DNA of 64,000 nt. Origin: Octopus vulgaris. Its lineage: Eukaryota. The DNA lies in assembly GCA_951406725.2 (NCBI GenBank), contig OX597816.1, positions 91,512,001 through 91,576,000 of the forward strand, in the 5' to 3' direction. The position numbers were made by a program, and so were the translations under genes. The stretch's first letter is position 1, and every line of letters begins with the position of its first letter. The notes below the pieces were generated by a model. It was given only the letters and a program-made list of their open reading frames with translations. It was not told the DNA's origin and ran no database searches. Shown in pieces: positions 14,730 through 28,220 of this stretch.

Positions 14730-16409
14730 CGTCATCGTCATCGTCGTCATCATTATCCTCATCATCATAATCACCACCACTATCACCACCACAACTACCA
14801 TAATCATCATCATCATCATCATCATCACCATCTGTTTATTATTACTGTTGTTTTTTCTGACATAGAAGGCTTGAAAGCAGTTTGTCAATTAAGTCAAACC
14901 TAGTACTTGTACATCAATTGTACTTTATTTTATCGATCACAGAGCTACGAAAGACAAAGTTGACCTCGGTGAGATTTGAACCAGAAAATGTAAATAGTCA
15001 GAAAACCATTTTCCTCGAAGCTATAACGATTCTGCATAATCTATAGAAAATCCATGCTTTATAAATTTTCTTTTTTTTTATTTTGATTCATAAATTTATT
15101 TATTTTCATGCCACTGCTTCATCTTGGTAAAGACTTTTATGATAAGCAACAGATGTTTTGAAAACTTTGAGTTGAGATGACTAATGATGTTACTAACAAT
15201 ATAATAAATGTTAAGCATAACTCTGGAAGATGTAAGTTTAGCCAAGACAGTCTTCTCTTGCCAGCTATTCTCATTCTTTACATGCGTGTATCCATGATGC
15301 CATCTCAGTCATTTGCTAACTCTACTGAACCAAACGTTCCTAGCTATGTTTCTTGGTGGCAAAAGAAATCCAGCCATCCACTTAGTTTCGGGGTGTAAAT
15401 TAAATGATGTATATTCTCTAATTATATTTCTTTTATTTTTTTTTTTACCTGTTTGGGTTCACCTTTGTTGTCTCTCCAACGTCTTCAGCCTTTGTGGCCA
15501 ATAAAAGTAATCATTATTATTGTCTTTATTATTCACGAGTTGAAAATAGATCAAAATATTTCTTTCTAATAATAAAAAATTACGTATATTTTAGAGAATT
15601 TACGTAGAAGTCTTCCGAGCTAAGGAGGATGTTTATAATCCTTATTTAAGTCCGGCTTTGTTAATCTGACAAGGTTATCCAATAACCGCTGGATCCATCG
15701 TAAAGATCATCTCGCCACCTGCATTTAACCAGGAAGTACAGACAGTTTCCCCTTTGACTGACTGCGCTTCCTGAGTGACGTGTGAGTTGCATTGTGTACT
15801 ATATCGTCATGTGCTGATTGTGTAAAATTTGTAATGTATGGACTCAAAAAAAAAAAATCTCCGAAATCGACACACATCCTGTTTCTGTCAATCGATAAGG
15901 AAAAAAATTCTAAAAATCTATTTAAAATCAAAAACAAATTGGTAAAGCTTCATCGAAACAGGCGCTTTTAACTTGGTGCTTTGTGAACAGGATTATAAAA
16001 AAATATTACTTTTACCGAAAAAGCAATGAAAAAATAACTATTTTCGGAAGGGGTGCCGCATTTTTGCTATCAGTCGGTGTCAAGAAGGTCAACAGAAGTT
16101 ACTTTCATCTGCCATCAGCATATCCATTATCACCCTTCCCTATCCACTCGCTTGTCAACACCTGTGTAGACAAGGGAGAGAGAAAAATCATGTTAAGCCT
16201 TGCAGAACTAAACAATATCTTAATTTTTTACAGATTTTTAGTTTTTACTATTGTTACAACACTGAACGCATGCATTACAGCTACGAGTCAGTTGGCTTTT
16301 GTTTTTTCCCAGGCAATGGTAATAACTAAAATTCAGAAAGTGATAATATAAATTCAACCGATTTATAACTTTGTTAACTTTGTTAAATCAATTTTTCAAT
16401 ACCCTTATC

Positions 16410-17236
16410 GATATGGCAAGCAGTAATAAAAATCCTGAAAAAAGAAGTGCTGGTGAACGCGCTTTGTTTAATGAAAAATTGACAGAGCTTTATTTTTTTA
16501 TTGAAATAAATAACAAGTTTATTTGTCTTATTTGCAACGAACAAGTAACCGTTCATAAAAAATATAGTATCGAGTCCAATGAAAATTTGAAAGAATCTGA
16601 ACATTTAGACAAGATAGCCTCCTTGAAAGAAAATCTCTCCAAAAGACAAGCTTTTTTCAAATGGCCAATTCTTGAAACTGAATCAGTAACTCGAGCTAGT
16701 TATGCAGTATGCGAAAATATTGCTAAAAAAACTCAAACCACAAAGCGATGGTGAGTGAATTCGTGAAAGAATGTATCCATACTGCTGTTGAGAATATATG
16801 CCCAGAAAAACTTAGTTTGTCTGGAAATGTTAGCTTATCAAGAAGAAATGTTTCTGATTGTATTAAAGATATTGCTGATGACATTTGAAATTCTCTAAAA
16901 TCTGTTTCAGCAGAATTCGTATTGTTTTCATTAGCTACTGATGAGACAACTTATCTGTCTAATACTGCTCATGTGACAATATTTATACGTGGAATAACTA
17001 CAAAATTCAACATTTGGGAAGAATTTCTTGCCTTGAGATCAATGCATGGAACAACTAGAGGTGAAGATTTATTTCAAATGGTCGACTTAACCTTAAAGGA
17101 TTTTGATTTACCGTATGAAAAAATAAGTGGTCTTGCTACAGATGGCGCTCCATCTATGGTAAATCGTAAAAAAAGGTTCGTAGCTCTGATTAAGAATGAA
17201 TTTAAGAAGCGTCTTTTGGATCCGGGCGTGAAATGA
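16410..17236 (+). mobile_element. hAT (Charlie/SPIN, GTF2IRD2-like) transposase relic
   Basis: LYFFIEINNKFICLIC (BED-like), ASYAVCENIAKK, FSLATDETT..TIFIRGI..EEFLAL..GTTRGEDLF..GLATDGAPSM. Has stops and frameshifts and is truncated. Confidence 0.85.
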
Positions 17237-18846
17237 ACTGTTTTGCTGAAGAATGCAATGCACTGCCCGGTCGGGGCAGCGAAACCACGACCTTGCGATC
17301 GTGTGTTGACACCCTAACCATTAGGATAGACGACTATCACCATTACTGAATGAATTATACTTGCTTCTTTAAACAGAAGCTCTCGCGGGGCCCGGAAACC
17401 CCTTTGTATTCTTTCACGGAGCTACCTGTTCGTGGGCAGTTATTAACATTTTAATGATATTAACCTAGTTCAACGATTCTTTTATGCTTTATTTCTTTTT
17501 CTGTTAGGTTCTTTTCACTATTAACTCTCGTTTTTCTACTATGTTCTGTTTTTATTCTGTTTTCCATGACTTATGCGATAATATGGTTTTGTACGTTTGA
17601 TTCCGTTTCTCTGTCTTTCTTTGTATTTCTCTTAATGTAATGCACTAGTTTTTTTTTTTTATATGGAATGGAATCTATGGTATTTCCAGCGTGTTCTGAA
17701 GATTTATTCATTGTATGCGCCATCTTTTTTGTTATTATTTCTTTTGTGGGGACTTATTTGTTTTGTGTATGGTGGAGTCTGTTGTGATGCTTCCATTGGT
17801 TTACAGGAGCATATTTTTGTGTAGTCTGTTGCTTTTGATTTATCTTCTCTGTGTATTCTTGTTAACAGTTGTTCTATTTCTTTCTAGTATAATCTTATTG
17901 TTTATAAAGTTTTCATACATTCGGTAGTATGTCCTTTTTGTCCGTTTATTATCACTTTGTGTCTTATACTCCATAACCCATAATACATCCATATCAGTGT
18001 ATTGATATTGCTGTCAGATTACCTATAAAATTTAGTTATGATAAACCAAAATGTTGCTTGCTAAAACATATATTCCATGTTAAGTTAAAGTGCACTTTAT
18101 AAGGATGCTTTTAGGGTATAATTTCTGAAACAATCACAATCTAAAATACGATCAGTATCTCTCTGTTACATGTGTAAATCATCGAAATATGATAGCTATA
18201 AAAAATGTCCAATTACACTGCATTCATTGGAGGCCTGTCTGCCCCATCTTTTTCAAAATCTACTGTGACCTGTGCAAAGACTTTGAGAACAGCCGAATAT
18301 TTCTTGTACGTTTGGTATAACAACAAGATTATTGCTGTTATAATAACACATGGAAGTTTAAGTATATTGAGAGAATTCGGAACAAAAACATTTGACACAA
18401 TTAAAAATCACAATAAATCAGAAAAAGATTGTTAAAATACAGTAGTATCTTAAACATGGCCACCATACTTAACTAGAGATCCAGCAACACGTTAAAAGCA
18501 GCAACTAGTTGAAAAATACACGGTATCATGTAAAAGTATGAAGTATCATGCAAACAAATGTGGAAATATCATGGATAGTTATTTGACGTATAATTCTCAA
18601 TCAATTTCAATATATTAAAAAGAAAACTCTTCATATATTTCAGATGATAGAGTTAAGTTTGCCTTATTATCTGAAATGGCAACACAAACTTTTAACAGTG
18701 ACTTGCAAACAATAGCTTTACTATATTCATATTCACAGTATAAACAAAAGAACATAATAAAGAAAGCAAACTGACACACAAATATAGTTAGAACATTAAC
18801 AGGAACCACACTTGATCACCCGAAATAACAATTATTAGACATTTTT

Positions 18847-18908
18847 ATGATGGTGCTTGTCTGTCTTGGATATATTATGGCTGTTTACTATGAAAGTAAC
18901 ACTTCAAT
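18847..18908 (+). CDS. tentative Wnt8 first (signal peptide) exon candidate
   Basis: ATG..MMVLVCLGYIMAVYYESNTS+AT|GTATTG. Phase 2 matches the 21605 acceptor and the length fits a Wnt8 signal peptide, but the donor is weak and there is no homology support. Confidence 0.25.
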
Positions 18909-21094
18909 GTATTGATATATTAATCAGAATTCCTATAAAATATTATTTTGATAGAGCAAATGTGTACATATTTGGTCTATCATAGTTTACAAACAATGAA
19001 TTAAATGCATCATGGACTATATCAGTCATGCATTTTCCCCTAGTCTCTTCACAAATAAATAACCAAGTACATAAGACAGTGTGGCGCACATTTTCATAGC
19101 TTGTACGACTACAACCAGCAAAACGTCAACCCAACGAGTCAACCACTACATGAAAAGTCACTTCTGGATACCTATACAACATCCAAAACTCTAGTACAAC
19201 AGCATTCTACTGTCAATATCATCCCCGTTTAGCCCACACAAACATTAAAAGTAAATATACATAGAAATGGCTAGCACACTAGAGAATCAGCAATTGTGTG
19301 CTCCAGCCAAGTGCACTTTGCTTGCGTCCGTTGTGGCTACCACCAACATCAGGGAGCATCTATGTAGTTGATCGACTTGCTAGAAATAACAACTAAATTA
19401 CCTTCAAATGACACCCCACGTCTTAAAACGGACACTTTGATAGTGTAATTATTTTTTTCACATAAGAAAATCAAAGGACGATCCTGGCTGGAATGCCTTT
19501 GATCTTAGATCTTTTCGGTCAGAGATGACATGGGGCTAAACAATAACAATAGGTGTACAAACAAATCAATGAAGGAACCTCTATGGGGTCACTCACCCCG
19601 CTAAAATTACAGTCAAATGTCGCTAAAATCACGTCTACTGTCTTTAAAAGGGAGACACCATCACTTTTAATGACAATATAGTCATAAATACTCTTAAAAA
19701 GACTGAATGATCTCTGCTGGAAAACTTCTGATCTTAGGCTTGCTTCATCTGTTTGAACATATTACATACTTACAGCATGTCTAGGTTGTCCCACTGCAAC
19801 CCATACGATTTATAACTACATTTCTCACTGTGCAGTATGGTCCTCTGAGTCGGTGTCTTCATATGACGAGGAAAGAAGTGATATGTTCGGCCAAAAATCC
19901 ACGTATCATAGATTTGTCTGCTCGGCTAGAGATGGCTTAACTTTACGCAGATATCATCAGTTACGTCTCATGATACGTTATATATCAGCAAACAATTTGC
20001 TTCAACAACAGTACTTTATAACATGAACACCAGAGAACCAGATATCAGTTATGTTGTCATTGAAATAATGGAAGGCGGCGTTGTACAAGGTCATGTATCC
20101 TCAAATATGTTTTATGTCTAATTCTAATAACTATGTGGCTAATAGAAAATTATTTATAAATTCACCCCTCTGAATCTGGAATAATCTTTCAAAGGCTTTA
20201 TTTGGAACTCTTCCCATCAATATAATAAAACATTCAGCATTGCAGTAATGCTCATAAAATCCTCTGTTCCTGAACCAGAGTGAATCAATCTATTGAATTA
20301 TTCTTGAAGATTCAACTATCCGGTGTAATTATAGTTCACACAAACGTACATATAATAAACATTACATTTCCACCTAATTATATGTTCTGTCTCTCTTAAA
20401 TTCTTCGCTTTGCTGTAATCACTCAAGAAAACCAGTTTTTACTCACAGCTACACGTTGTTCTCCCACAGCATTATATTCATTTCATGGATTTTTAAGGAA
20501 TTTTACCAATTAATTCCTTCTCCCATACGTCGTCGGTAAGTGACCTTTCTTCCAGGGCTAAAGTTATGACTATTCTGTACCTTTATTTACACTGATCTCT
20601 CTTCCAAAATTATCATCCTCGCCGTAATCACCCCTCCTGGTTTGGGGCTTCTGGGCTCCGACCGGTTGGAGTTAGAATTAAATATTGATATGACTTCCAT
20701 CCAAGCGGATGATTGTTTGGCTTGGTAATCCTAATGACACCTTATCAACTTCCAGAACATAGGCGCCGTTTGTTTGTCTGTTTTTGGCAAGTATTTTTTT
20801 AAAATCCTGCTGGGTGCCCCGGTCACTTCAACCAGGTTACCTCACACATGCTTGGAATTTTTTCTCCTTCTTTCGACCTTTCCTTTCTCCTCTTTCTGAC
20901 GTGAAGAGCCATGCTCGAAACATTATACACCCAATCCTTTTTCTTCTTATACTGAGCGTCAAGCAAATACATTTCATGTATACGTCCTTTTGACTTTTGC
21001 TGTTTTGTTATTTGTTATTTTTAATTATCTATTTGCCTACATACATACATACATACATACATACATACATACATACATACATACACACACACAC

Positions 21095-21172
<78 letters not shown>

Positions 21173-21604
21173 CTATCGTAAACAATAAAAGCGCAACAGT
21201 AACAGTAATAATGCTTATATATATAGTTCAAATTTACAGAAAAAATAGACGAAGACAGATGTAAGAACAATAAGAAGGTGTATTAATTTAACACTTAGGA
21301 AGAATGGAAAAGCCTTTTGCGTTTCGAGCCTACGCTCTTCGACAGCAGTATGCGCATGTGTATTTCAAGAATGATCGATTAGGATGAAGAAATAGAAGTA
21401 ATTGTTAAAAGGCTTACAGCATGTTTCATGGATAAAGCATAATAAAACCCACAAAACTTCATATATTGCCAAATATCATACTACAAGTACAGGCAAATGA
21501 AAATCACCGTAACTAGAAATATTTCTTGAAAAAGCTTAATTTTTAAAAAATTAAAAATCCAATAGTCAGAGAAATTTCTATAAATATTATTATTTTTTTT
21601 TCAG

Positions 21605-21665
21605 GTCAGTTAATAAGATTCTAATGACGGGTCCCAAAATGAATGAATTCGGTGCAAACGCTACA
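21605..21665 (+). CDS. Wnt8: Wnt8 coding exon (xSVNKILMTGPKMNEFGANAT)
   Basis: poly-T..TCAG acceptor and GTAAGT donor; peptide matches the Wnt8 N-terminal WSVNNFL(M/I)TGPK motif; phase 2 in, phase 0 out. Confidence 0.85.
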
Positions 21666-21972
21666 GTAAGTAAAAACTATTATCTAAATCCTTTCAACTC
21701 TTATTCTGATTTTGTACAATTGTATTCGGATATCATTGCATACATACAGATGGCTGTATCTGTTATGTATTAGTTTATGTATGTAGTGATACACCTTTGA
21801 ATACAATATATTATAAACATGCTTAAAGCAGTTTCATTGATATAAATAGTTTCGTACAAATTAGTGTAAATGTCTTCTTGCTTAACTGAACATTTACTTT
21901 AATAACGTGGTTGACGGTTAAAATTGAGAGTAAAATTTGGTTGACTGTTGGACATTTGAAGGTGTAGGATAA

Positions 21973-23870
21973 CACTGGTCAACAAAATGAAACGTTTTTT
22001 AATCATCAGAGTCGCTGATTGACTTTTCTGGGTTAATTTTTGATGCTGATTACGAATCTGAAGTCCGATTTCCTCTATCAGATGATATGTTCATATTAAT
22101 GATACCTGCTGTTTTAACTTATAGGATACGTAAAGCATGTCTATATAAAGTATATTGAATACAAGGTACGATAATTTCATGGCTTTTTATTGTTCAAAAT
22201 TAAAATTATAGTGTACAAATAAGTTAGAATAAACTCAACTGCATAACAACTTAAAATCTTTGGGATTTGGACCTTCTATAGTGTTTTGTCTCAAGTTCAT
22301 CCCTGTATAACATCCAACAGTAGTCAGCTGACATTCCTGCATTCCAAAATCCTTGATATTGTTGTTCCATCGATGGAGCAACAACAGTTTTGTCTTTGTG
22401 ATTTTTGGAAATTTGGCCTTCACATATTCAAAACATTTTGAGCTTTTCCTGGCAAGTGTCTTCACGAATTGTTTCATGAGGCTAAGCTTTATGTGAAGAG
22501 GGGGAAGAAGAACGTTTTCTGGGTTTAAAAGTGGCTTACTCTGGACGCTTGAAACACCCAGCTCATATGATTTTCGCAAAGGCCATACTGATTGCATATA
22601 GTGCTTGTTTGTTGCACGACTGTCCCATAGGCATAAAAAGCAACAATATTTCGTGAACCCAGATTGCATTCCCATCAACATTCCAATCACCTTCAAGTCT
22701 CCACATATTTTCCAGCTGTAGTTTGTATACTTTATGGCATTGAGGAGTTCTTGCATGTTTTCATAACACTCCTTCATGTGCACTGAAATGGAAATTGGTG
22801 GTTTCTTATTGCCGTTGTGTAGTAGTACTGCCTTGAGGCTTCTCTTAGACGAATCAATGAATAAGCGCCATTCAGCTGTAACATCTCTTGGAACAAACAG
22901 CGAAATAACTCATCATTGTTATTACTGAAACAAAGTGGTCCATCAGCAGAGAAGCATGAAGTCAGATCCCTATTTCTCTTCCTGAAATTAGTAATACAAA
23001 CATCTTTCTTAAGCAGACACTTTCCGAGATGCAAATAGTTCAGCTTTATCCTTCGACAATGACAAGTCTCTAACTAAATCATTTAACTCCTTGAGAAAAT
23101 TAACTCCTTGAGAAAATTTCTGAAGGCCATTTTCTGGTGGTATTGGAATAATAAGATCACCATTGTTGTGTGGTACTGGTCTTCTTGCTGATACCAAGTT
23201 GGGATACACAATCTTATGGTTGGTCTTTACAGTAAACCCACATACATTAACGTTTCAGAAATGACAGTCCATGAAATTATCCTTTGGCTCTCTCCATATC
23301 ATAGGTATTGCAAAGAGCATTGCTCTCTTCCTCTTATTTAGCCAATCCTTTAGTATATTTGAACAAGCTGAGCAGATGATGTGCGGGGCCCAGCTCTTAT
23401 CTTGATTCCCGAGAGAGCAGCCAAAGTATAACTGGTAGATCTTGATTTCACTTGTGATGGAACGTTGCTGAGCTTTGGTGGTAAATGAACCACAGACATA
23501 GCAAAATATATCAGGACTGTTCTTGCAATACCTTGACATCCTGAGTAGAATTTGATGATGATGATATCTTGGCACCTTAAACAGAAAGTAAAATTACGAA
23601 AAGAAAAGATTATAAAAACATAAAATTACAAAATGAATACAAATAGTTATAAAACAGAAATCAGAATTTGCCTCTATAAGACGTTTACGTGTAGCGATAC
23701 TGCTGATGAGAGTTATATACCTCTCTTATCTCATCAGAAAAACTGTGCCTGATAGAAGGAAACCGATTACATTTTTGAAATCTGTGGGCAAATCTACATA
23801 TAATAAAATCACCTATAATATCCCTGATTTTTCAAAGTTAGTTATATTCTTTGCCACTTTTTCTTGTTTG
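21973..23870 (-). mobile_element. Chapaev-3 (CMC superfamily) DNA transposon relic in Wnt8 intron
   Basis: CKNSPDIFCYVCG..WAPHIIC..WREP..DCHF, WKICGDLKVIGMLMGMQSGFTKYCCFLCLWDSR, LLPPLHIKL. CACTGGTCAACA terminus at 21973; subterminal inverted match about 22048-22083 / 23748-23782. Confidence 0.75.
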
Positions 23871-24789
23871 CTGCAACTGCTTGACTTGACAGCTTAAATG
23901 ACATAATTGATGTTTTTACTTCCCCGATAAAAGCAACATATTTTAATATCTGTAATAGAAAGAATAATGTGTTCATGGATTATAAATAATAATACTGAAG
24001 ATGTGAAACAACTTTTACTACTGTATATATCGTTATTGGCATTTGACCAGGAAGTAACTTCAGTCATAAACTCCTTTAAATCTAATAAAATAGTGTGAAG
24101 CACTAATGCCGAATGTAATGTGAATTTGACTAAGACAATGCATTTGAAAATAGAAACATTGATTAGTGGGGGAGGTTTTTGAAAGTTTTTTTAAAAAGTG
24201 AACTGCTAGTCACTGTTTTCTAATTTCTCATAGCAAGTCACCCTGGCCTTGTTCAATTTCAGAAAAAATTTTAAAAGTCATTACCATAGTGTGCACACTT
24301 TCAAACCTCCACTTATTAGCCAATTATTTTCTAAATATTTGAGCTTTTTTTTTTTTTTTGTAATTCTTTCGTGGTTTTATAACTTAAATATCTTCTTGTA
24401 CTATAAAGTATACGGTATGTTTTATGACGATGTATGTATCTGTTGTTATTATACGTTTTCTACATTACAGTCTCGTTTCCTGATTTTCCCCCACTCTAAT
24501 ATAGAAACAAGAGAGTTAAGTCGTATAGGCTTTGTAAGAAATTAACTCGGTTTCCACTTTGTAGCCTTGCGGATTTTTCAATTCTAAATGAATACATTAG
24601 TTTGAATTGATGAGCTGATACCATCGGTAATTTTTCCAAAATTAAAAAAAGGTAGTTTTGCATTTCTGGCATATGGTGCTTAGTGACTGAAGCTTGGAGA
24701 CATGTTTGGCCAGTGCCTCTAAAATTCGCCTCAAACCAGCTTCACCTCCAAATCAGCAAAATTGTTTCAGACCCTCTCTGTCTTTCCCT

Positions 24790-24830
<41 letters not shown>

Positions 24831-26205
24831 CCTTTCTCTCCCATTAAACAGATAAAACAAAGATATTACTATAATCTTATGTTAAGTTGAATATGCAATT
24901 CATTGGCAACTTATATAAAAAAGTAAATTCAATAGCCATTCAATTTATGTTCTCTCTTCTTCACACTCTTTGTAACAGGCATCATTGTAGATGTCTTAAT
25001 CCAGAGGACTTCCGGGGAAAAGTTATGAGTAATATTACTTCCCTTTTCTAAGTATTTATTTAGAACATTTACAAATGGAGAAGTCTTACGAAACCTATAC
25101 CTAATGGCGATACATATTTCAAAACTGTTTCTACTAGTTGCTGCAAATGCTAGCTCCAATGATAACTTTTCTGCTGCTACCGTAATGTAGTTAAGACTGT
25201 ATCCAAGAAACTCATCTTTTTATTAGGAGCTAGAAAACACTTTAACTCTAATTAGTTACTGACTCTTCCTATAAAGCTCAAATACGACCCACCATAGAAT
25301 AGCGTTCATATTTCTAAGAGGGCGCCACTACTACTCAAACAAAAATCAAGAACGCTTCCAAAAAGAAGTTATTCGCCTGATTAACAAACATTTACTTGTC
25401 AACAGACTACAACTCCTGACCGAAGATTTGTCTCTTGTTTGCCTCCTCTACCACTATTACAACGTTGCATTCTATTTCCATCCAAATCTACTCAACATGA
25501 TCACTTCTCTTCTTCATATGATCTTCCTACTGTATCTCACTTGATCCTGTTTCCTAGAATCTCAAGTCTCCGGAATTTCAACATCGCCCATGTTTTCCTA
25601 CAGACATCTACTTACAAATTTTCAAGATAACATAAATTGTTTTGATCTTTAACATAAAACTGAGAATTAATTTCAGCATAAATTAGACGACTGTGAAGGT
25701 TGTCTACATTTCCTATCCTCCACACTAAGGTATAAAAATTATTGCTTCTTGCTGTGGATGCATAGTTAACAGTCAAGAAACTGTGGTACTAGTGCGCCCT
25801 ATATAAAGTTGCATATAATTGTTCATAGTTCGAGTCCATTTTATTTTGTATCTAAATTATTTTGTTAGCATGAAAATTCACTTGGACAGCAAATTCATAT
25901 AACGTTTCATTTCAAATGTTAAGATGGGTGAATTTAAAGTAGAAAGATAGTTATATTCACAGAAACACGGGAAGAAGAAAAGTTGCAAAGTAAAAGAAAA
26001 AGAAAGATGATTAAATAGCGTAAGAAAGGACGAGAAAAGAGAGTAAGAAGGGAAAAGAAGGGAAGAAAAAGAATGGTAGAAAGGGAGGAATAATAACAAA
26101 GAAATTATCTTTCCATGTAAAGTTTATATTTTATATAAATATGTGGTGTGGGAAAATGCAGAACACGTTTTAAACTGAAAATCCTGTAAACATTCTGTAT
26201 TTCAG

Positions 26206-26338
26206 ACCTACTTGATGTTCTCAGATATAGTTGCATCCGGGGAGAAAAAAGCAGCTGCGGAATGTCGATACCAGTTCCGATTGGACAGATGGAATTGCCC
26301 AGAAGAATCCATTATGACTCAGAAATCAAGGCTAAGTG
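26206..26338 (+). CDS. Wnt8: Wnt8 coding exon (TYLMFSDIVASGEKKAAAECRYQFRLDRWNCPEESIMTQKSRLS)
   Basis: TTTCAG acceptor, G|GTAATG donor; EC.YQF..DRWNCP Wnt motif; phase 0 in, phase 1 out. Confidence 0.93.
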
Positions 26339-27084
26339 GTAATGGAAGTGGTTTTCTTATTGTAGTCTAATAATCAATGATTGTTTTGTTTAAATATTCA
26401 GTCTTAAAAAAAATTATATATTCATATCTCCGATTATTTGTTGATGTTGGACTTGAAGAAAAATGCCACAAAACCCATTTTTTGCCTTTTATTTGTTTCA
26501 GTCATTTGACTGCGGCCATGCTGGGGCCCCGTCTTAAAGGGTATAAGTCAAACAAATCGGTGCCTAATATTTGTTCTATCGGTCTCTTTTGCCGAAGCAT
26601 ACCAAATCCACTCAGAGGGATTTGGTTGATCCGAGGCTATAGTAGAAAACACTTGCCCAAGGTGGCACGCCTGCGCCTACAAAATAAATCTGAGCTAACG
26701 TATGATATGGCTTCATCGCACCTCTGGTTTCCGTGTAATCTTTTACCTTTTTACCTTTTACCTTTTACTTGTTTCAGTCATTAGACTGTGCCCATGCTGG
26801 GGCACCGCCTTGAAGAATTTTTAGTCGAATGGATCGACCCCCAATCCGTTTTATAAAACCTGGTACTTATTCTATAAGTCTCTTTTGCCAAACCGCTAAG
26901 ATACGGAGATGTAAATACACCAACACCAGTTGTGAAGCGGTGATGAGAAATAAACACTGACACAAAGATACACACACACATGGATCCATCCATCCACTCA
27001 TCCATCCATCCATCCATCCATCCATTCATACATACATACATACATACATACATACATACATACATACATACATACATACATACA

Positions 27085-27116
<32 letters not shown>

Positions 27117-27199
27117 ACACACACACACACATATGACAGAAGTAAATAGACACAATTATAATCATTGAATCTGAAATTATGCATTCAAATTATTTGTTG

Positions 27200-28220
27200 A
27201 TTGTTATAATGTGAATATTTAATATTTAGTAACATGCCCTTTGCGTTTTTCAATGCAAGGAGCCTATTAAGCATGTTACTGGCCAGATGACGAATATTCT
27301 CTTGCGGAATTTCTTACCAAGTTTCGTGCAGAAATCTCAAAAGATCTGACTTTGAATATGCTTTCTTGTTCTTTTTATGCAGTGTCCTGTCCATTATGTC
27401 CCAGAGGTGTTCAATGGGGTTCATATCTGGTGACTGGCTTGGCCATGGAAGCTTTTAATGCCATTCTCATCCCATAAATTTTGGGTCATTTTAGCTGTGT
27501 TACAAGGAGCCCTGTCTTCCACAAATAAAGAGTTTTCTTTAACCATTTCACCACTGAAGAAGGCTGGAAGGGGTCCTTTCTGCAATATGGACCTATATTT
27601 ATCTGAGTTTATGTTTCCTTCACACTCCACCGGCTCTGATCAACCATTATTCCAAATAGTTCCCCAGACCATCACAGAATAGCTGGCGTGTTTCATTGTT
27701 GGCTGCAATCTTTTCACATCAAGTTCTTATCACAGAATCGCCAGACCCACACTCGACTACTGTCGGAAATACAGCAAATCTGGACTTATCAGATAATATA
27801 ACAGTATCCCAAAATATTAGTGGTCTCTACACCATCTCACTGGCCCAATCTTTTCTCCGCTTGATATTGGCTGGTCGAAGAAGTGGCTTCCTTCTTGCTG
27901 CTTTGCCATAGTAACCAAGTTTGTGGAGACACCTGACAGCTGTTCTGGGACTGACATCAACTTGTTCTGTTACGTCAGAAGCCTGGCAAAGAGGATTATC
28001 CTCCGCGCTTTTCATAGCATAGAGAAGGGTCCTGTCAGGGGGCCCTGGTTGATCTGGGCGAGGTGATGTAGATCCCTTCTCCACTCTGGTGAATTCACAA
28101 TCACTATTTACTGTAGAAAACGGGATCCCAAAGTTTTCTGCGATTTTACGCTATGCTCACCTTCAGAATGACCCACTATACGGCCTCTTTGAAATTCAGA
28201 GAGTTCCAAGGCTTCTTTTG
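27200..28220 (-). mobile_element. Tc1-family transposase relic in Wnt8 intron
   Basis: AARRKPLL..NIKRRKDWA, VILSDKSRF, SVMVWG, FVEDRAPC, WPSQSPDMNPIEHLW; frameshifted. Confidence 0.9.

Noticed and set aside
16371-17236. Domesticated GTF2IRD2/ZBED-like host gene
   Set aside because: Stops, frameshifts and truncation with no splice signals bridging them; it is a transposon relic.
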